From contig OX597817.1 of the NCBI GenBank assembly GCA_951406725.2, forward strand, positions 21,452,001 through 21,516,000: a stretch of DNA of 64,000 nucleotides, read 5' to 3'. The stretch's first letter is position 1. Each line of letters starts with the position of its first letter. A model generated the notes under the pieces. It saw only the letters and a list, made by a program, of their open reading frames with translations, was not told the origin of the DNA and did no database searches. Below are positions 43,537 through 56,727 of the stretch, piece after piece. Origin of the DNA: Octopus vulgaris (Eukaryota). The position numbers and the translations under genes were made by a program.

Positions 43537-43925
43537 GGCGCCAGGTATGGCTGAGTGGAAATAAGGTTGCTCCCCAACCACATGGTTCCGGTTTCAGTCA
43601 AATCCACATGGCACACTGGGCGCAAGTCTTTTGCTATAGCTTCAGGCCGACCAAAACCTTGTGAGTGGATTTGGTAGATAGAAAATGAAAGTGGCCCATC
43701 ATATATATGTGTATGCGTGCGTGCGTTTGCCTGAGTTTGAGCCCCCAGCATCGCTTGCCAACCGATGTTGGTGTGTTAACATCCCCGTTACTAGGTAGTT
43801 CGGCAAAACAGACCGATCGATTTAGTGTCCGGCTTACAAAAAAAAAAGTCCCGGGGTCGATTTCTTTGACAAAAAGTGACGCCCCAGCCTTGCTAGTTTC
43901 AGATGACTGAAAGAAATAAAAGAAT
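43537..43925 (+). mobile_element. SINE family A, diverged full length
   Basis: ggcgccaggtatggctgagtgg...ccttgtgagtggatttggtaga...atgactgaaagaaataaaag. Confidence 0.85.
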
Positions 43926-44563
43926 AGACGAATATATATATTATCTGAAAATACCTCGTCCTATTTCTATAGATATTTTGGTCACTGGTCACTGTTTACA
44001 AAATATATTACACCCAATGTCCTCAAACAATGTTGTTTAACAATCTACACATTTCCATTTACACACACGAGCATGTAAACACACTCACGCCCGCATGCAC
44101 ACATACGTATGATGTATGTAAATTAGCATGTACGTTTATTAGTTGTGTGAATGTGTAAATATGTATATTGTGAATATATAGCTATTGAAAAATGCTCAAC
44201 TTATGTCATATTAATACGAATGAAGATATTTTAAGAAATATGAAATATCATATTCATCTTACAAGCATATAATTTTGAAACTTTAATTAATGTAGAAATA
44301 TGTAGCATTTTTTGAAGATATTTCTGTCATCCTGAATTTATTGTATTTCTTTTCTCTTTTAGGTAAGTTCCGTTGATTTGGCTACTTTATCATCATTGAT
44401 TGACTTTATTGCCGCAAGAAAATTGTGAGTGCACTTCATTTTCAATCCATTCGTAAAATGCAATCTACACACACACACACGCACGCACACACACACGCGC
44501 GCACATACACACACGCGTGCACACAGACGCGCACACACACACACACACACGCACCCACACACG

Positions 44564-44595
<32 letters not shown>

Positions 44596-46153
44596 CACAT
44601 ATACATGTTTAATATAAATATATTCATATACACATTTAACACATGTATTTGTGTAAACGTCTATATTATATGTATACGTATACACACAAGCGGAAATACA
44701 CATGCTCACGCGCTCACACACAGACACACACAGATACACACAAACGCACATATATATGGTACAAGTGAATACCTTTCTTGCATAGGTGAACGCAAATTTG
44801 AAGTGTGCTTATGTACATGAAGATCGTTCAATGAGTTTCTTCTATTCTTGTTTTCTTGTTTCCTAGAATTTTACAATCCCATGCATATTTATGGGTTTTA
44901 TGTTGTGTTTTTGATTGTTGAACTTTACTGACCAGCAAAGCGTACCATCATACCTTTTAGTTATGAGTCCCAATTTTCATAACCATGCCCGGAAATTATA
45001 CTCAAGATTATCACACGTATAAATTTCCAAGATACTAACTTAGAGACATTGCCACTGAGTACATTTGATTGTTTTGATTACATTAGGCTTTCCTCACAGT
45101 CACATAAAAGCAACAGTCTGAACTTCAGCTCTTAAAAGTTTCATTTTGGAATAGGTGAGACCACCCGGGGATTAATGTCTATGATTAATACGATTCGTGA
45201 AAATCAACATAGCAACTTTTGCCCACTAAAGTGCAACATACTTTATTGCATATCATGCAGTGCTGACAAGCTGCTTTCACATGAACAATGATAGGAATAT
45301 TTGAAGATCTCTGCCTCATATATTTGCTATATGTTTTAAACCAATCAGTGTTAGGCAAAGACAAACACGCATATCTGTTAAATGGTTTCTAAAATTTAGA
45401 TCACCTTGAAACTCTTTTTCAATGAGTGCTCTGGTATGTGGCATAAAAAATTTGTTGCTTTTTTATATGCTTGAAATATTACTGTCCCTAAGCCAAATAT
45501 CTGCTTTCTGTGATAAATTTCTAATCATACAAAGAAACTTTGCTATTTGTTACATAGTTTTCCCGTAATTGACAACAGAAATATACAATTGAAATTCTGA
45601 CACTGGTATTTAATATGAAACCCGCAAACCATTTTCCTGATAATTGAAAATTACTATCACCGAGTACCTTTATGTTGTTAATTGTTGCTGTTTCAACTCC
45701 CTGAGGTTTATTGTTGTATCCGAAGTACAACGAAACAGCTGTCACCAACTTAACATATACATTCCAGCATTCTGACATTTTTTAAAAAAAAGATTTTACA
45801 AAATGAAATCCTGTTCATGCATGTATCGATATGAATTATTTGCCAGAACTAAATATCAAATACTATATTTTACTTCCTATATAATGGGTTTACTATATCT
45901 CAGAAAAAAAAGTGTGCATGCAGAAAATATCCTTCATTTATTCATCAACACTTGACCGCGTGACAATGATTATATGCATACACACACATATATATACATA
46001 TATAAATGAACATATACTTACATATATGTGTATGTATGTACATGTAAATCTATCTATCTATCTATCTATCTATATATATATATATATATCTATATATCTA
46101 TCTATCTATCTATCTATATATCTATCTATCTCGTATATCTCTCTCTATATATA

Positions 46154-46200
<47 letters not shown>

Positions 46201-47399
46201 TTATATATATACGTATATGCATGTATATGTTTATGTATGTATATATTAAATTTACATATATGTATTACATGTCTATTCATGTTGACTTATATATTATTTA
46301 TTTATGTATATATGAATGTATACGTTTTTGTATAAGTGCGAATCTTTGTGTTTTGCCATTTTTCAGTGACATTTTTTACACTATTATGGTAATCTCTTTT
46401 CATTCTCGTTTATGAGATTATGGAAAGTGTATTTTTGTGAGGTATTTTGTAAAAAAATTAATCAATAAATACGCCATAAATAGAGTATAAATCTCATGGA
46501 GACGCAGACATCATGTTGAATAAATTATTCTACCACACATCTCCATGTATTTGATAATGATTTGTGTATGACCGTCTCTGTATTTACGATATTTTAATGG
46601 TGCATTAAATATCATTTTTAATTAATACCAAATTTATTTGAATTCAGTTTTTTACTTCATTGCTAGGGGATCAATGAAGTTTATATTCTACACATAGCTG
46701 CAGCCACTGTTAGATTTTTTTAGCAACTAAATCATTGTGATATAATTTGTTTCTCGTAACTCATTAATTAGTAGAATGTCTCTATCCTCCTTATATGCTA
46801 CGTAAATATGTGCGTTTAAAATTGTAAAACGATTTCAAAGTAGAAATCTTGTGATATTAAGAGGACAGTTAAAATACACAAAGTGATTGAGAGAACGGAA
46901 ATTCAAAGTGTGTACTACTAAATTTATGAATTATTGCATGAGTGTAATATGCACACATCGATGAGGTATCTACACATTTAGTCTCAATAGAGCGAAAAAA
47001 ATGTAATAATGTTTTGCTGTACTTGTTCTTTTTGTTTCTCATATTTCTTATGAACCTTCTATAAGAATGAAGCTGTTTTCCTTAACTTGCTATTTCTATA
47101 TACGAAGACCAAGACGTAACCATTAAGAAATAAGGTGTGAAACAACTGAGATCACCTGATGAGACTGATCTACACAGAGGGGTACACCTAAACCAACTGT
47201 ACATTATACCTACCTGCTAGGCATTGATGCGAAATGGGACGAAAATATTTTAATGATCGACAAAGATTTATATATCTTCCATCTGCCTTCTTTCATTAAT
47301 AACATACTCAGCGAACACTAAGCCAATGAACAAGCCTCACCGGGAAAATACCAGGTGTAGGCCTTACGATTTATTAAATGCTAATATATATGTGTGAGG

Positions 47400-47628
47400 T
47401 GGGAGTGTCTTTCTGCCTGTGTTTTCCCCCATCCCACCACTTGACAACCTGTGTTGCTGTGTTTAGATCTCTGTGACTCCGTACATTAGCGGATCGGTAA
47501 AAGCGACGGGGAGAATAAGTACGAAGTTTAAAGAAAGTACCGGGTGCGATTCATTAAATTAAAACTTCTTCAAAGCAGTGCAACAAGATGGTGGAAATCT
47601 AATGACTAAAACAATCAAAAGACAAAAG
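47400..47628 (+). mobile_element. Old SINE family A, 3' half
   Basis: cttgacaacctgtgttg...ttagcggatcggtaaaag...aatgactaaaacaatcaaaag. Confidence 0.65.
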
Positions 47629-47660
47629 CTGATTTAAAAAACAAATTACATGCACATGAA

Positions 47661-47850
47661 AGGCGATGATTTGTCAGAATCGCTACTGTGCCGGGCAAAA
47701 TGCCTCGCGGCATCTCATTCGTTTGTACGTTGAGTTCAAATTGCACCAAGCATGTCGTAATTCATAAAATATGTACCAGTTTTGCATTGAAATTGATGCA
47801 ATCACCTTACCCTTTCCCAAAAAATGGCTTCGTATCAAAATTTGAAATCA
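47661..47850 (+). mobile_element. Old SINE family B copy
   Basis: ggcgatgatttgtcagaatcg...ccgggcaaaatgc...gagttcaaatt. Confidence 0.6.
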
Positions 47851-48561
47851 ATATACAAACACGTTAACTTTGATAATTGATTCATTATACAGTGAAGTGA
47901 GTCCGTAAGGGAAACAAACTAGTCTACTCTATATGAGATCTCACTGGCCCACAAAAATCCTTGAGCATAGCCCATCATTTTCCAAATCCCGAACAAAAGA
48001 TATCATATGTTTATCTCTTAAGTTCAGGTTCTAACTCACTCAGATTCATTTCAAGGGATTTACAGCTCCTTACCTTTTCGGGATCGGTGTGATTTCATAT
48101 TGATGTTTAGGAAAAATATCTGGGGCATGATTCAAATTATATACCCTCGTCTTTAAGGTTACATTGTCACTCAGAATTTCTATTATTGTGTTGTGGCTGA
48201 CTTAGAAATTCCGGTCGACAATGTACTCTTCATTTCATTAAAGTAACCTCAGCCTAATGATTAGATACTTTGAGCATATGTTTCTTAGTTCAGCAAGCTA
48301 AGAACCATATACAGCGTGCATTTTACCTGTTTCACTCCAATTTGGATTTTTATTCATATTTTTAGCATCTTTAGGTGCTAACTGTAACCTAGCTATTTAG
48401 AAACTATTTCCTCCAAACTGTTATATTGGTAAAACGTTGTTACTGTCGATGTTTCTTTTATTGTATCTTATCCCCTACAGTCTATGTTTTGTTCTCTATA
48501 CCTGCCACTTACAGCTAGAAGCTTAAAAACTCCCTACACTCGGATCAAGGAACATATTATA

Positions 48562-48607
<46 letters not shown>

Positions 48608-48635
48608 GATATACGATATATATATATATATATAG

Positions 48636-48860
48636 TTTATTTTAAGCAGCAGAAAATTCAACAAAATCTGTTACTCTGAGTTTCTCGTTGCCGTTCATCA
48701 GACAGTTTTTTAGAAACTGTCTGATGAACGGCAACGAGAAACTCAGAGTAACAGATTTTGTTGAATTTTCTGCTGCTTAAAATAAAGCATATTACTCTAC
48801 CACTGGTATTTGAGTACTCTTTCTTCCACCTTGTTTCACATTTATGTGTTTACTCCGGTA
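48636..48860 (+). mobile_element. Hammerhead-bearing palindromic element (family HH-A): perfect 73-bp inverted repeat plus a unique tail, inserted in (TA)n
   Basis: Arms 48636-48708 and 48714-48786 are exact reverse complements around the 5-nt spacer tttag. Confidence 0.9.
48714..48758 (+). ncRNA. Putative minimal type-I hammerhead ribozyme (mirror copy on the - strand at 48664-48708)
   Basis: aaactgt-CTGATGA-acg-GCAA-cga-GAAA-ctc-a-gag-TA-acag(a)ttt. Intact core, stem I ctgt/acag, GNRA-capped stem II, quasi-palindromic stem III, GUA triplet with predicted cut after 48750. Confidence 0.7.
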
Positions 48861-48989
48861 TATATATATATATATATATATATGCACAGTGATTTGCGTA
48901 ATACATACTTATACACAAATACAAACACACACACACACTGATGAATTCACATACACAGACTCGCACACACACTTATTATATATATATAT

Positions 48990-49222
48990 ATCACCGTGGT
49001 CACCGTGACCGACCAGGCTATCAGATGTTGTTAAACATCGCTGGTCACAATGCGAGAAGAAAGAGTGAAATTTGTGGTGAAAGAGTACAGCAGGTATCGC
49101 CACCACCTCTGCCGGACCCTCGTGGAGTTTTAGGTGTTTTCGCTCAATAAACACTCACAAGGCCAGGTCTGGTAATTGAAACCTCGAGTCCGCTGCCCAA
49201 ACCACTGGGCCATTGCGCCTCC
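48990..49222 (-). mobile_element. SINE family C, tail type 1, internally deleted
   Basis: Homologous to 7882-8187. Confidence 0.85.
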
Positions 49223-49226
49223 ACCC

Positions 49227-49313
<87 letters not shown>

Positions 49314-50411
49314 AACAATACAGTTTATTGACATACAAATATTTTGTGACATTTCGAACTGCATTTTCCTCACGAGAGAATGAATAATATAAAATTAGAC
49401 GAAACATAAATACAACAAATAAAGAGATGATAATCAACATTGTGGCTGCAAAATAAAAAAAAGTAGAAAACAGAAGTAATGCTAATTAAAAGAAGTCATC
49501 GAAGCGTGGTTGAGAAGTTACAATAAGAATATCACAGACAAGACAGAAATAAAAGAAAATAATAATATAGAATGAACAGCAGAATAACAATGCAAAAACA
49601 AAAGTGAAGGGAAAAGTTTAGAACGTAGGAAGCTAGAAACTCTACTAAAAAAATTTTGATAGACACAGGTAAGTGGATATATTGAAATGGGTCGAAATAG
49701 AAACGTGGAGGTCTTTGAATATGAAGCGTAATGGAAATGAGGAAAATGTCTTCATAAGAGCAGAGGCTGAGACAATTAAGTCTCAGACGGAAAATTTGTG
49801 AAACGGACCTTGTCAGGAAAACTATGATCGAGAGTCTATATTCATAGAGAAGGATACACGAAAACGGAATTTATAAAAGTGTGATACAGACAGTAAAAAA
49901 AAAAAATACTGAGAGCGGGGTGAGCTGCTATTGCAAAGCAAATGCAAAGGTAAATAATGAGAGAAAGATAAAAAAAATACTAGCAGACAAACGAAAGTAA
50001 ATAACTGAAATAGTATAACCATAAAGCTTAAATGTTTCATTTATAGAAGTATATAATAGTTATAGTTAACCCAATCTTAGACAGATAAGAACATCTAGCG
50101 TTTTGGATGATTACTTTTAACATATAGCAGTAAGTTATTTACGAGTGGCAGAATGAAAGGTGTTGACAGAAATACAATGATTGCAATGTCTACTGGCAGC
50201 ATTACATCAATTCCCACTTATATATGGTCATATGTACGGATGAATTAAAATAATGTTCTTAACAGATTAAAATTGTTTTATATAATTTCATGTCCGAAGA
50301 CAATGCGAAACATGTCTGGGCACTTAAACTGTTTGATTACTTTGTTTGTCGTCAATACTGGATCCTTGTCTCCGAAATCTACAGTTTGTCTTTAAATAAT
50401 ATAATTTAAAA

Positions 50412-50730
50412 CTACGACGCCGTGGCGATCTCATTCTTGCTCACAACATCATAAACGTAAAGTGTAAACTCTCGAAAGAGCTGTTCTTCACTCCTGCTCC
50501 AGAGCGTCGGCTGCAGGGTCACTCCGAAAAGCTCTATCAATCGATGGAGACGTGGAATAAGCTGCCGGACGAGATACTGAAGATGCTGACGACCACTCGG
50601 TTCAAAGTCTCCCTTGACCACAAGTGGCCTGAACTCTTTACATGAACACCACCGTGTACATAACTCCCTGTCCCCCAAATGGCCTTGCTTTTTGCTTTTT
50701 GAGCCAAAATATTAACTAACTAACTAACTA
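50412..50730 (+). mobile_element. 5'-truncated CR1-clade LINE 3' end (ORF2 C-terminus, 3'UTR, (AACT)n tail)
   Basis: 50412-50645 translates to LRRRGDLILAHNII...RLQGHSEKLY...WNKLPDEILKMLTTTRFKVSLDHKW*, matching the CR1 ORF2 end pattern RR.RGDLI / RGH..KL / WN.LP / FK..LD. Tail is aactaactaactaacta. Confidence 0.88.
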
Positions 50731-50885
50731 AATCAAATTAGTGGATTCGCTGCTATTGGAAACGGGACTTGTAATTGCTGTGCTGCTGAATTGAGTCCTA
50801 ACCAATGTAGTTGAGTAACATAAGTTAACCACATAAACTTACTCTATATTGTATCACACACTCACAACAAAATCTTATATGTATA

Positions 50886-51097
50886 TACGAGGGTGTGGTG
50901 AAAAGCCATTGGCTTTTCGATAAAAAGAAATATAGGAGGGTCACTTAATTATGATTTTATACAATACATTCGCCTCTCAAATCTCTCAGATTTCCACGCT
51001 CATTGTAACCGTCCTCTAAAAGAACTCCGAAGTTTGGGCCTCCAACTAGGTCTTTCACAATAACCATAAAACCCAAAACTTTCAGCACATCTTCTTA
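50886..51097. mobile_element. Tc1/mariner-type MITE
   Basis: TA-CGAGGGTGTGGTGAAAAG ... aaaactttcagcacatcttct-TA; internal sequence shared with 56210-56363. Confidence 0.75.
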
Positions 51098-52010
51098 TAC
51101 ACACACACACATACACATACACACACACATATAATTTTTAAACAAGAATATTATAGCGACCTTTTAGGTGTAATCAAGAGAATGTAAGTAGATGCTACGT
51201 CGTAGCTGGCCAGTTTCTTTACTAGTTACTGTTGTTATTCATATATTTTGGTGGGGTTTAAGCCGAGGATGGTTTTGCGCTATTAGTATAGGAATTTGCT
51301 AAGCTTCTGCATTGATGATCACAAGCAGGTATAGGCCGGTGTAAAGGATATCCGTCTGTTTGTTTCTCTGTAGGTATGTAATGTTCTATAAGTGCCAACT
51401 ACTTACATTCTTTTGTGAACCCGTAAAAACGTACGTTACAACATTTTCACATATCCAATTACTAAGTTTTTAAAAGCTGGGCTAAACTTTGAACGTTTTG
51501 ACATTTACATAGTCAGAATAAGGTATTAAACTGAATAATAGCAAAAACTAATACACTGGTAAAACGCATACGTACAAATCTAAAGGGACACACCAAATTT
51601 GTCACACCTACTTACAAAATTCTACATATAAGAATAAACTCTAAACAATAGCGTAACGCGAAATTTAACAAAGACAAAAAGCTCTAAAATACCTCTCCAT
51701 ATCCTCCCAGCCTAAAACTTAATTTCCATTTCACACAAAGCCATACGCCCGAGGAAGATTTTAACTCAAATGACACTTTGTGATGCCAAGATCAGATTCA
51801 GTGCATTGTCGTTCGACAATACCTTAACTGACCGCACCTTTGAAGTCACTCTTAATAATATTCATTCCTAACAAACATAAATTTGTGCACTATAAAAGTA
51901 CAGAGTAGCCCATCAGATTAATGTAGGATTGTTTTTAATATAGACTGAACATAAAGACAAACACACATACACACACAAGCACACCTATATGCTCTTGTCT
52001 TAGAAACATT

Positions 52011-52045
<35 letters not shown>

Positions 52046-52121
52046 GTATATGTGTTTATATATATATATATATATATACTTATATGTGTGTTTATATTTA
52101 TATATATATACTTATATGTAT

Positions 52122-52157
<36 letters not shown>

Positions 52158-52767
52158 TTATATGTGTATTTATATATATATTTATACATATATGTATAAA
52201 TAAATAAATATATATGTATATTCATATATATATATACAGAGAGACACACACATGTATAAACTTATATCCATATGTGTGTAGGACTACGTGTGTGCTTAGG
52301 GGTGTATGCTAATATGTGTTTCCGTTCATAGTTATAAATGTATCAATACGTATGCTTGTCTCCATCGCTGTTCCTGTATGTATGCTTGTTCCTGTGTGTA
52401 TGAAGACTTTACAAGATCAGTACCGAAAACAAATGCACGCAGTACATCTCATTGGAAATTAGAATTTTGAGAACTCTAATCACGTCTGGCACTTTTGTTT
52501 GGAGAAAGTCCAGCATGTCTTGTTCGGTTTTGGTAAGCTTTATAGACTAGACTGAGACTCGATCTACTCTTCTCTTTACGTTAGGCTACGACGTGGCAAG
52601 AATTTATTCACTCCCTACGTAGACACCAAAATTTGATTATTTAAAATCTACATTGAAACAATTGCATATTAGAACGGAGAGGAATTTCCTACGCCAAGTC
52701 ATACAAGCACACAAATCGACTTTCCCCACCTCTGCCTGTCTCTCTCTCTGTATATGCATACTTACGT

Positions 52768-53003
<236 letters not shown>

Positions 53004-53471
53004 CCATTTTTGCTTGTACATATATGTGCATGTATCAATGAGAGTGTGTATGTTATGTATATATATATATATGTATATATACACGCATATGAATGCACAT
53101 ATATGAATGCACAATTATTTTGTCGACACACCATAGCATGGCAGGAATTCATTCGCACACAACATTATTGTCAACAAAATGTGATTATTTAAATGTTAAA
53201 TTGAAAAATAGAAATATTATAGTGAAAACAAAATTTTTCACTCGCAGACATATATAAAGGCATGTATAGTTATGTTGGCATTAACTTATTATTGTGGATA
53301 CGTACAAATAATATTGATGATGATGATGTGGGATGATGTTTTCTATTTGTCACACGTGCATCAATTTAGAGGAAGATTATATTGACTCCTTAGAATTTTA
53401 CATACGATACTAGGGGAAGAAAGGCAGAAGAGAGGGTAAATGAGATGAAGAACGTATACAAAATATAGATA

Positions 53472-53893
53472 GGCGCAGGAGTGGCTGTGTGGTAAGTAAC
53501 TTGCTAACCAGCCACATTGTTCCGGGTTCAGTCGCACTGCGTGGCATCTTGGGCAAGTGTCTTCTGCTATAACCCCGGGCTGACCAATGGCTTGTGAGTG
53601 GATTTGGTAGATGGAAACTGAAAGAACCCTGTCGTATATATGTATATATATATATATATGAATGTGTGTGTGTGTGTTTGTGTGTCTGTGTTTGTCCCCC
53701 TAGCATTGCTTGATAACCGATGCTGGTGTGTTTACGTCCCCGCCCCTTAGCGGTTCGGCAAAAGAGACCGATAGAATAAGTACTAGGCTTACAAGGAATA
53801 AGTCCCGTGGTCGATTTACTCGACTAAAGGCGGTGCTCCAGCATGGCCGCAGTCAAATGACTGAAACAAGTAAAAGAGAAAAGCGTAAAGAGT
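53472..53893 (+). mobile_element. SINE family A, full length
   Basis: ggcgcaggagtggctgtgtggtaag...gactgaaacaagtaaaagag. Confidence 0.93.
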
Positions 53894-55172
53894 ATATATG
53901 CGAACACATGCATAATGCAGGAAGAAGGAACATCACTATCTGCATGCAGTATCGTTTCCCTGTGGAACCTTAAAAATGTTGACGAGTGCCTGACCGAAGC
54001 AAAATGTAACTTCAGTCCTTTCAGTTTTTCCCACCACTAACTTATCGTCATAACCACTTCACAGAGACACTGAGTGTCATCTTTCTTGACGATTGGAGAG
54101 ATGACTCTCACGATACACTCAGCCGATAACCAGATATGTTTCTACACGCGACAGTTGCCGTAGATATACCACCACAAATCAGCAACGCTTAGACACTGCC
54201 AGCTTGCGTGCAGTTCGGTGTCGTCCCTTTGCGAGTCTTGGCAAGTCTTATATCGCGGCATTTCGATATTTTCAGTTAAACTCATTTTTTTTATTTTTGC
54301 TTCTCATTACTTCTTTATGTTGAATATTTATGGAAATTTTATCATTGTCATATTTATTCCTGTTTAGGGTTCATTTATTATAATTCATGACATATACAAC
54401 CGGTTCTTACCATTATTTAATGTTCTCATTTATAATCTATTATTTTCCTAAATTTATATTAGCATACAGACAATATCAAATATCATTTGTTTGTCCTACC
54501 ATATGTCCTTACTGTTAACTTTTCCTTTCAATCTGTTGAGTTGGTAATAATAAAGTACTTGTACCAGAATCAATATTTTGGTCTGTTGTCTGCCCATCAT
54601 ACATATAATGGCAAACCTTAGATATTTCGATTAGTATTCATATCAATAGTTTTTGCGGTATTTACAAAAAAGAAAATGGGAGTATGTGGTAACAGATTTA
54701 TGCTACTGTATTACACACTATATAGTCCCACATTCTACAATTTAAGTCATTTCGCTATTAAAGGCATTCAGCTACTACATTAATACGCCGGCACATCTCT
54801 AACCAACATCCATCTCCGAAATTTTTTATTAGTTCTCAGGTTACATATTAACACTGGGACAATCAGAATTTTCTGAATCGGATGACAAGTAAAGCTGTGC
54901 AGCCGTTGTATTCGAATAGCAGTTGATTATTTTTACATCTCCTATTGATCCCACATGGTCAAAAAAGACAAAAAAGAACTTAGAGGTACGTGAACCAACC
55001 ATATATACTAAGTAAATGAGGTAAGGTATTTAAACCGACTCGCATTCATTTCCAAGATATAGCGTTCGTGCTGTCATTTAACAGCATCGTAATTGAGACA
55101 ACGATATTAGAAGTAAGTAGTATTATTCTTGGTACAAATAACAGGAGCAAGATTAACGATAGTACAGCTATT

Positions 55173-55560
55173 GGATAGAAGCACTCCGTCGGTTACGGCG
55201 ATGAGTGTTCCGGTTGATCCGAATCAACGGAACATCATGCTCGTGAAATTAACGTGTAAGTGGCTGAGCACTCCACAGACACGTGCATCCTTAACGTAGT
55301 TCTCGGGAATATATTCAGCGTGACACAGAGAGTGAAGGCCGGCCCTTTGAAATACAGGTACAACAGAAACAGGAAGTAAGAGTGAGAGAAATTTGTGGTG
55401 AAAGAGTACAGCAGGGATCACCACCGTCCCCTGCCGGAGCCTCGTGGAGCTTTTTAGGTGTTTTCGCACAATAAACACTCACAACGCCCGGTCTGGGAAT
55501 CGAAACCGCGATCCTATGACTGCGAGTCCGCTACCCTAACCACTGGGCCACTGCGCCTCC
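55173..55560 (-). mobile_element. SINE family C, tail type 2, 12-bp TSD
   Basis: agtacagctatt at 55161-55172 and 55563-55574; tRNA head shared with the 7882 copy but a different 3' ~190 bp. Confidence 0.92.
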
Positions 55561-56209
55561 ACAGTACAGCTATTAACAGCAACAACACTACCAAAACGAA
55601 AATTAACAACAGCGGCAGCAGGAAAAGTCATACATCTATAAAATATGTACATTACATGGTCCACGATATATAGAAGCATAACAAAAACAAATACGTACAT
55701 ATATACAATACGGATATGTATATATTTGAATATAGATCGATACATATATACACACATGCATACATACAGAGATACACGCACACAAGCTCGAGAGCGCGTT
55801 GTAAATCTTTCGCTGCATTTGCATTTTCATTCACTTCCTCTAATATTAATTATCTCGTTTAAGTAGTGTTAACAGCCGAGCCAATGCTGCGTTGTACTTA
55901 ATCACTGATATGTAATTAACGCTTTGCTTGCATGCTTAGGCATGTATTTCCATTTCAAGAAATGTCTTTTAAATAATCTTAAGTGCTGTTAGTTAGTAAA
56001 GTAGGAAATGTGAAAGGGAATACATCCTTAACAATAGTATCTGAAGAAATGGTTGTTATTTTATAATGTGCACCAGTATATCATCAAGTACATAAAATTA
56101 TCTATTATGTGCTTGCATATGTATACACACATGTGTATAAGTACATCACTTTGTTATATAATAGTCATTCTATAACTATGTACGCTATGTGTCATATTCT
56201 TACTCATTA

Positions 56210-56363
56210 TGCGAGGCGGTGCTGTAAAGTTTCCGGCTTTAGGTAAAATATAATGCAGAAGGATTCAGATTTTCTATGCCTTGTAAAAGAACTCAAAAGG
56301 TTGGGTCTCCAACCAGGCCCTTCACGACAATCTTAGAGCAAGGAACTTTTCAGCATCCCCGTA
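56210..56363. mobile_element. Tc1/mariner-type MITE, second copy
   Basis: tgcgaggcggtgctgtaaagtt ... aacttttcagcatccccgTA; shares aaaagaactc...gg.ctccaac.agg with 50886. Confidence 0.75.
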
Positions 56364-56727
56364 TATATATATGTATGCATATTCGGTATATGTATATATC
56401 CGCTCGCATCTGTGTGTATGTGTGTGGTGTATGGATGTGTAGTGTATGTGTTTATAGGTATATATCCCAACCAGCAATTAATATGTAGCTATTTATATCA
56501 AATCTTAATTAAAGTCATTGAACGATTATATATATATTTATTGGTGTGTAGTGTAATAATGATTATACGGGCATAAAAATATACTTGCTCAACATTTTAC
56601 TCTAGATTTAAATTAGATAGTAATGACCGCGAAAGAATCACGTCCCTCACGTCCGAAAAAAGTAGTAAGGTTCTGCAGTTTCTTACTGAACAAACAGCAG
56701 TGCTGATCAAATATTTGCGATATACAT

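Noticed and set aside
47120-47175. CTGATGAG with an upstream GAAA as a possible hammerhead
   Set aside because: Stems I and II cannot be formed around the core
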